Assembly: GCF_002310835.1 (NCBI RefSeq)
Contig: NZ_CP011041.1
Span: 90,001 to 122,000, forward strand
Origin: Pseudoalteromonas tetraodonis
GTDB lineage: Bacteria > Pseudomonadota > Gammaproteobacteria > Enterobacterales > Alteromonadaceae
Direction of reading: 5' to 3'
DNA length: 32,000 nucleotides
Part shown: piece after piece, positions 27,073-32,000 of the stretch
Position numbering within the stretch: position 1 is the first letter of the stretch
How the letters are laid out: every line of letters starts with the position of its first letter
Made by a program: the position numbers and the translations under genes
The notes under the pieces: generated by a model
Database searches by the model: none
Seen by the model: the letters and a program-made list of their open reading frames with translations, nothing else
What the model was told of the DNA's origin: nothing

Positions 27073-28473
27073 ATGGAATTTACTGTGACTGCAACTGCTT
27101 TTTCATCGTTGGCCTTACCTTCTGGGTTAGTTGATAATTTATCAACACTCGGCTACACCCAAATGACTCCTGTACAGGCACAAAGCCTGCCTCCTGTTTT
27201 AAGTGGTAAAGATATTATTGCCCAAGCTAAAACAGGCTCAGGTAAAACAGCGGCATTTAGTCTAGGCGTTTTAGCCAAGCTGAATGTTAAACGCTTTCGT
27301 ATTCAGTCGTTAGTGCTGTGCCCAACCCGTGAGCTTGCAGAGCAGGTAGCGGTTGAAATGCGCAAATTAGCACGCGGTATTCATAATATTAAAATTTTAA
27401 CTTTGTGTGGCGGGGTATCAATTGGTCCTCAAATTGGCTCACTTGAACATGGTGCGCATATTATTGTAGGTACACCAGGGCGAGTTGACGACCATATTCG
27501 TAAAGGTACATTGCGCTTAGATGATGTTGAAACGCTGGTACTTGATGAAGCTGACCAAATGCTTGATATGGGTTTTCAAGACACCCTCGATGCCATAATT
27601 GAGTGTATTCCAACAAATCGTCAAACATTGTTATTTAGCGCGACTTTTCCAAAATCAATAGAAGCCATTGCAAAGCGTGTTCTGAGCAACCCTGAAATGA
27701 TTAAAGTAGAAGAGCAGCAAGAAAAAAGCACTATCAAGCAATACTTCTATAAAATGGATAATAATAAGCAACGTTATCCAACCCTTAAATTACTATTACT
27801 TAAATTTACCCCACAAAGTTGTGTGGTGTTTTGTAATACCAAGGTAGAAACACAGCAAGTATGTGATGATTTAGCCGATGAAGGCTTCAGCGCCGTTGCA
27901 TTGCATGGCGATTTAGAGCAGCGTGACCGTGAGCGTACACTGATTCATTTTGCCAATAAGAGTGCGTCTATTTTAGTGGCAACCGATGTAGCAGCACGCG
28001 GCTTAGATATTGATGATATGGACATGGTAATTAACTATCACTTAGCGCATGATCCACAAACGCATGTTCACCGTGTAGGGCGTACCGGGCGAGCGGGCAA
28101 AAAAGGCATTGCGTGTTCTATTTACGGTGATGCTGAGCAATTTAAAGTAGCGCAAATTGGTGACCACTATGAGCGTGATTTTACCCCTGAGCCAATGCCA
28201 TCTTATAACCTATTAGATAAGCCTCCATACAAACCTGAAATGGTGACATTGATGATAGATGCAGGCAAAAAGCAAAAAGTGCGCGCGGGTGATATCTTAG
28301 GGGCATTAACAGGTAAAGATGGTATAGCAGGGCGCCAAGTGGGTAAAATTAATGTACTTGATAACGTGGCTTTTGTCGCGGTAGAGCGTAACTCATCTAA
28401 ACCCGCGTTACGTAAATTAACCGAAGGCAATATTAAAGGGCGTAAAATCCGTGCTCGTCGCCTGACGCGCTAG
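27073..28473 (+). CDS. dbpA: ATP-dependent DEAD-box RNA helicase DbpA
   Basis: Q motif, AKTGSGKTAAF, DEAD (LDEADQM), SAT, HRVGRTGRAG, and the C-terminal DbpA RNA-binding domain (GDILGAL...). The track start at 27010 is a TTG extension with no helicase homology. The ATG at 27073 lacks a clear SD. GTG at 27085 (MTATAFSS, which aligns with E. coli MTAFS) is an alternative. Confidence 0.88.
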   Translation: MEFTVTATAFSSLALPSGLVDNLSTLGYTQMTPVQAQSLPPVLSGKDIIAQAKTGSGKTAAFSLGVLAKLNVKRFRIQSLVLCPTRELAEQVAVEMRKLARGIHNIKILTLCGGVSIGPQIGSLEHGAHIIVGTPGRVDDHIRKGTLRLDDVETLVLDEADQMLDMGFQDTLDAIIECIPTNRQTLLFSATFPKSIEAIAKRVLSNPEMIKVEEQQEKSTIKQYFYKMDNNKQRYPTLKLLLLKFTPQSCVVFCNTKVETQQVCDDLADEGFSAVALHGDLEQRDRERTLIHFANKSASILVATDVAARGLDIDDMDMVINYHLAHDPQTHVHRVGRTGRAGKKGIACSIYGDAEQFKVAQIGDHYERDFTPEPMPSYNLLDKPPYKPEMVTLMIDAGKKQKVRAGDILGALTGKDGIAGRQVGKINVLDNVAFVAVERNSSKPALRKLTEGNIKGRKIRARRLTR

Positions 28474-28482
28474 TTTTACGTT

Positions 28483-29064
28483 TTAAGATGAGCAGCTCGC
28501 CTTGAGTTGCTCATATTCCATTTTTAATTGTTTAAACACTTCATTATCACCCCCTTGTTTGTCTGGATGATGCTGAACGGCTAGTTGTCGCCAACGCTTT
28601 TGTAATGTTTTTAAGGTAATTGGTTGTACTAATTGCCAGCGAGCGATTAATTGCTGATGTTGCTGAGCACTTAAAGGCGCTTCATGTTGTTTAGGCTTAC
28701 TGAAACGTTGCCAAAAGCTATCTAATAATGCGTTAATTTCTGCTGTTGATGTTTCAAAGTTTTGCCAGTTTAAGTAGTAGTCACGCAGCGGATCGTTTGG
28801 GTGAAGTTGGTTTTGGCGAGGGTCGCTTACCAGCTCAATATGTAAACTTTTAATCAGTAGCTGCTGTTTTGGCATAACTTGCTGCTGTAACTGAAAAAGT
28901 GCATTCATAATTAAAAAATTACGTTTAAATAAATCACGCCCAGGATCAGCTGCTAAGGTATCAAGTAACCCACGTTCTTTTAGTTCCGATGCTAAAGTAT
29001 GAACCATCCACACTTTATTATTGATTAATAGTTCAAAAATCTCATCTATCAGTGGGTTAAGCAT
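28483..29064 (-). CDS. DnaJ-related protein with C-terminal J domain
   Basis: The C-terminal ~55 aa (LKTLQKRWRQLAVQHHPDKQGGDNEVFKQLKMEYEQL) is a J domain with the HPD tripeptide. The N-terminal ~135 aa has no motif I recognise. Confidence 0.8.
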   Translation of the reverse strand: MLNPLIDEIFELLINNKVWMVHTLASELKERGLLDTLAADPGRDLFKRNFLIMNALFQLQQQVMPKQQLLIKSLHIELVSDPRQNQLHPNDPLRDYYLNWQNFETSTAEINALLDSFWQRFSKPKQHEAPLSAQQHQQLIARWQLVQPITLKTLQKRWRQLAVQHHPDKQGGDNEVFKQLKMEYEQLKASCSS

Positions 29065-29234
29065 TGTTTACAATCTATTAATTGGTGTATCTTGAACAAA
29101 TTATCATACACCTAAGTAACATTAAACCCCAAGGAGTGGGCGTGAATGCCTGTTTTATATTGGTCTAAATTAGATGTTTACATATTGTTTGGGTGTCATT
29201 TTATTATGGCTAGCAAGGATTAAAGGATATTTTT

Positions 29235-32000
29235 ATGCTGACTCGGTTAAAGCGCATCTGCTTTATTGGTCTTTTGGTTGTACTGAGTGGTGCATCAAAC
29301 GACGCTTTATCCAATGAGCAGACAAGTTTGCTTGAGCAGTTCGATCTTGAGCAAACATGGACTAAAAAGCACCGCCTTGCAACAGACATATTAGCTAACC
29401 CTGATCTTCCAAATTTACAACGCGTGACCATTTACAGTGACTTAGCGGAGCTGGCGTTTACACAGAGTGATTTAGCTAATGCACTAAAGTATTTTAAATT
29501 ACTAGAGGCGAATAGCACCCTCAAAGAACAGCCAAAACTTTATTTTCGTGCAATTAAAATGCAAGGCGTGGTGCTTTATTATCAAGGGTTAGTGCAACAA
29601 GCGGTCGTTGATTATAATCGCGCGTTAAACATTGCCATTACCCTTAAAAGCCCGATTAAACAGGCTAACTTACTCAGTAATATTGGGCTCGCTTACTTTG
29701 ATATGTATAACATGGAGCTAGCCCTCGACTATTATCAGCAAGCCAAAGTCATTTATGAAAAAGAGGGGAGCGCACAAGATAAAGCCGATATATTACATAA
29801 TATTGCCGGTATTTATATTCGTCTCTCTCGGTATGAGTCCGCGCTTGAGATGTATCGTGAGGTTTTAAAAGTTTTTCAAGAGCTTGGTGATGACGATGGG
29901 GTTGCACAGGTATACGGTAACATGGGTGTGGCGTACACTGAATCGAGGCAGTACCAGTTAGCGTTGCATTACAACCAATTAGCTTTGCGCTACTATCAAA
30001 GTGTTAATAACGCCTTTCAGCTTTCGACTAAGCACACCAATTTAGCCACAATTAATCTTAAATTAAATAAATTTGATGTCGCGTTATATCATGCTAATGC
30101 AGGGCAACAGTTTGCACTTGAGGCTGATAATAAGTCGTTACTAGCGGCTGCCTTACACGTGTTATCGACTGTTCAATTTGTGCAAGGCGATACAGAAAAT
30201 GCCAAAGAAACCTCAGAGCGTTCAATTACGCTTGCCAAAGAGTATAATAATGGCATGCGCATAAAAGACGGTTTGGGGGTTGAAGCGCTTATCCATGCTA
30301 GCTTAGGGGATTATGAAAAAGCGTTAAGTTTGCATCAACAGTATGTTGATTATCAGCGCAGTGTTAATACCGAAGAAGCCTCAAAAGCGGTCAGTCAATT
30401 TCAAATTCAGTTTGAATCAAATCAGCTAAACCAAGAAATTAAACAATTAAAACAGCAACAATACTTACAAGAATTACAAATAGCTAAACGTTCACAGCTG
30501 ACGTTCTTATTGGTGATTGTTGCCATATTGATTTTAATTACAGTAATTGCTGTTTATAAACGCCGAACAGAAAAACAAGCGAAGTTAAAGCTGAGTGAGC
30601 AAGTTGAACAGCGCACCAAAGAGCTGCAAAGTGTGGCGCAAGAACTGCGTGAAGCTAACGAGGTTAAAGGCCAGTTTTTAGCGAATATAAGCCATGAAAT
30701 TAGAACGCCATTAACCGCTATTTTGGCGCAAACAGATGATCTTATTAGTGGTCAGTATAAGGCTGAGCAATTACAAGATGAGCTTAGGGTAATACAACGA
30801 CAAAGTGAGCATTTAAGAAGCCTGATTAATGATGTGCTTGATTTAAGTAAAATCGAAGCAAACAGGCTAGAACTTAACATTAGCTGTTTTGATATGGTGC
30901 GATTGATCAACGATGTTCATGCTATGTTTTCTCCACAAACTAAAGCGAAAGGCTTGTCACTGATATTAGAGAGTCAGTTAGGTGATACCTATTTTACGCG
31001 GCTAGATTTAACTCGAGTAAAACAAATACTTATTAATTTATGCGCCAATGCCATTAAGTTTACTCATAAGGGGCACGTAACAATTGCTGTTAGCAAAACG
31101 GATCAAGGGCTGCTCTTTTGTATTCAAGATACCGGAATTGGTATGAGCTCCTCACAGCTTAAGCTTATTTTTGAATGCTTTAGTCAAGCAGATAACAGCA
31201 TTAGCCGACGTTTTGGCGGTACCGGTTTGGGCTTGAGTTTGTCGCAGCAGTTAGCAGCGATGATGGGTGGCTATATTAGCGTGCAGAGTGAGTTTAAAAA
31301 GGGCAGTGAGTTTTCGTTCTATTTGCCTTGTATACAAGTTGAAGAGCAAGTTTGCCACGATGATATGCAGGCTAAATCGGCTGCAGGGCATAGGTTGTTA
31401 TCAGGTAAGGTGGTGCTTGCTGAGGATCACAGTGATAACCGCAAACTGATCAGTCGTTATTTACACTCCCTAGGACTTGAAGTGATTGCCGTTGAAAATG
31501 GTGAGCAAGCCGTAGAGCAAAGTTTAAAGTTGTATCCGGATTTGGTGCTGTTAGATATTCAAATGCCCGTTATGGATGGTATTTCTGCGTTTGAACTACT
31601 CAAACAATGTGGCTATGAGCAGCCTATTTTAGCGTTAACGGCCAATGCCATGAGCCACGAGATTGATCACTACTTATCACTTGGTTTTAGCGATTATTTA
31701 GCAAAACCAATAGACAAAGAATCTTTTTACACTGTTTTAGCTAAATACTTAAGCTCAGCAAATGAGGATTCATCGACAGAAAGTAGTCATGTAGATATGA
31801 GTGATTTAGTAGCGAGTTTTAAACAAAGCCTGATTACAGAAAGTGAGCTAATTGAACAGCATTTTAAAGTTGGAGATTATAAATCGCTGCAAAAAGATAG
31901 CCACCGAGTTTTAGGTGCGGCACAAATGTTTGAGTTTAAAGAAATAGCATTAGTGGCAAAAGCACTAGATGATGAATTACTTCAGTCACAAATTAACACT
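29235..32000 (+). CDS. Hybrid sensor histidine kinase with periplasmic TPR array, HisKA-HATPase-REC-HPt (3' partial; not in the ORF track)
   Basis: Hand translation from the ATG at 29235 (AAGGA 7 nt upstream) stays open for 922 codons to the window edge. It has a signal peptide (ICFIGLLVVLSGAS), about 8 TPR-like repeats, a coiled coil, a TM helix (LTFLLVIVAILILITVIAVY), the H-box FLANISHEIRTPLTAI, N/G boxes (NLCANAIKF, DTGIGM, GGTGLGLS), REC (VLAEDHSDN...LLDIQMPVMDG...AKP) and the start of an HPt (DSHRVLGAAQMF). Confidence 0.9.
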   Translation, partial: MLTRLKRICFIGLLVVLSGASNDALSNEQTSLLEQFDLEQTWTKKHRLATDILANPDLPNLQRVTIYSDLAELAFTQSDLANALKYFKLLEANSTLKEQPKLYFRAIKMQGVVLYYQGLVQQAVVDYNRALNIAITLKSPIKQANLLSNIGLAYFDMYNMELALDYYQQAKVIYEKEGSAQDKADILHNIAGIYIRLSRYESALEMYREVLKVFQELGDDDGVAQVYGNMGVAYTESRQYQLALHYNQLALRYYQSVNNAFQLSTKHTNLATINLKLNKFDVALYHANAGQQFALEADNKSLLAAALHVLSTVQFVQGDTENAKETSERSITLAKEYNNGMRIKDGLGVEALIHASLGDYEKALSLHQQYVDYQRSVNTEEASKAVSQFQIQFESNQLNQEIKQLKQQQYLQELQIAKRSQLTFLLVIVAILILITVIAVYKRRTEKQAKLKLSEQVEQRTKELQSVAQELREANEVKGQFLANISHEIRTPLTAILAQTDDLISGQYKAEQLQDELRVIQRQSEHLRSLINDVLDLSKIEANRLELNISCFDMVRLINDVHAMFSPQTKAKGLSLILESQLGDTYFTRLDLTRVKQILINLCANAIKFTHKGHVTIAVSKTDQGLLFCIQDTGIGMSSSQLKLIFECFSQADNSISRRFGGTGLGLSLSQQLAAMMGGYISVQSEFKKGSEFSFYLPCIQVEEQVCHDDMQAKSAAGHRLLSGKVVLAEDHSDNRKLISRYLHSLGLEVIAVENGEQAVEQSLKLYPDLVLLDIQMPVMDGISAFELLKQCGYEQPILALTANAMSHEIDHYLSLGFSDYLAKPIDKESFYTVLAKYLSSANEDSSTESSHVDMSDLVASFKQSLITESELIEQHFKVGDYKSLQKDSHRVLGAAQMFEFKEIALVAKALDDELLQSQINT

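Noticed and set aside
2283-28430. Many 60-149-aa ORFs from the track lie wholly inside longer, well-supported genes on the opposite strand or in another frame. Examples: 2283-2693, 3726-4151, 4042-4266, 4986-5279, 5249-5431, 6444-6776, 8206-8529, 8821-9087, 9206-9412, 11434-11619, 13694-14059, 15622-15804, 16504-16752, 16910-17113, 17431-17667, 17816-18004, 19119-19472, 19659-19934, 20166-20471, 23627-23890, 25176-25493, 25804-25992, 28203-28430.
   Set aside because: Each is embedded in a gene with clear family motifs. Their translations are Ser/Arg/Cys/Leu-rich and low-complexity with no recognisable motifs or SD sequences. This is typical of shadow ORFs opposite coding DNA. Without conservation or ribosome-profiling evidence, there is no basis for calling overlapping genes.
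29210-29431. The minus-strand 73-aa ORF here, and the plus-strand 60-aa ORF at 31267-31449, are the only track entries in the last 2.8 kb.
   Set aside because: Both lie inside, or in an alternate frame of, the 922-codon plus-strand hybrid kinase frame starting at 29235, which has unmistakable HisKA/HATPase/REC motifs.
1-32000. A search by eye for CRISPR arrays, tRNA/rRNA genes, IS elements, REP/MITE-like repeats, riboswitches, and defence-system hallmarks (nucleases, STAND/AAA ATPases, methyltransferases).
   Set aside because: I noticed no spaced direct repeats, cloverleaf candidates, transposase/integrase (other than xerC) or defence-type domains. The intergenic regions are short (mostly under 180 bp) and are accounted for by promoters and terminators. 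This was a manual scan, so short or degenerate elements could have been missed.

Overview
This is a dense core-chromosome window from an AT-rich gammaproteobacterium. The proteins look Alteromonadales/Pseudoalteromonas-like, which is inference from reading the translations, not a search. I support about 30 protein genes, and almost all are housekeeping. The minus-strand block lptM-lysA-dapF-yigA(DUF484)-xerC-yigB faces a plus-strand block of cyaY-esterase-DUF2914-hemC-hemD/X-hemY. Next come a MASE1/CHASE hybrid sensor kinase, add, a CBS protein, fre, ubiD, an MCP, an MliC-like lipoprotein and DUF808. After those come a Zn-ribbon/Sel1 membrane protein, an M28 peptidase, a TonB-dependent receptor with a putative Fur box, dbpA and a C-terminal J-domain protein. 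The window ends inside a TPR hybrid sensor kinase that runs off the 3' edge. I saw no rRNA, tRNA, CRISPR array, transposase, integron or prophage signature. xerC here is the housekeeping recombinase in its conserved context. I did not find a convincing multi-gene novel system. The points most worth a second look are: (1) an in-frame HemD-HemX fusion that keeps an internal start; (2) two real genes missing from the ORF track, a 59-aa LptM/YifL lipoprotein abutting lysA and a 922-codon open-ended TPR hybrid kinase; (3) a 25-codon upstream ORF with a canonical AAGGAG ahead of that kinase; (4) a Zn-ribbon/TM/Sel1 protein whose ribosome-binding site lies inside a two-tier hairpin; (5) a kinase that stacks MASE1 and CHASE sensor modules. 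All embedded antisense or alternate-frame ORFs in the track look like shadow ORFs.
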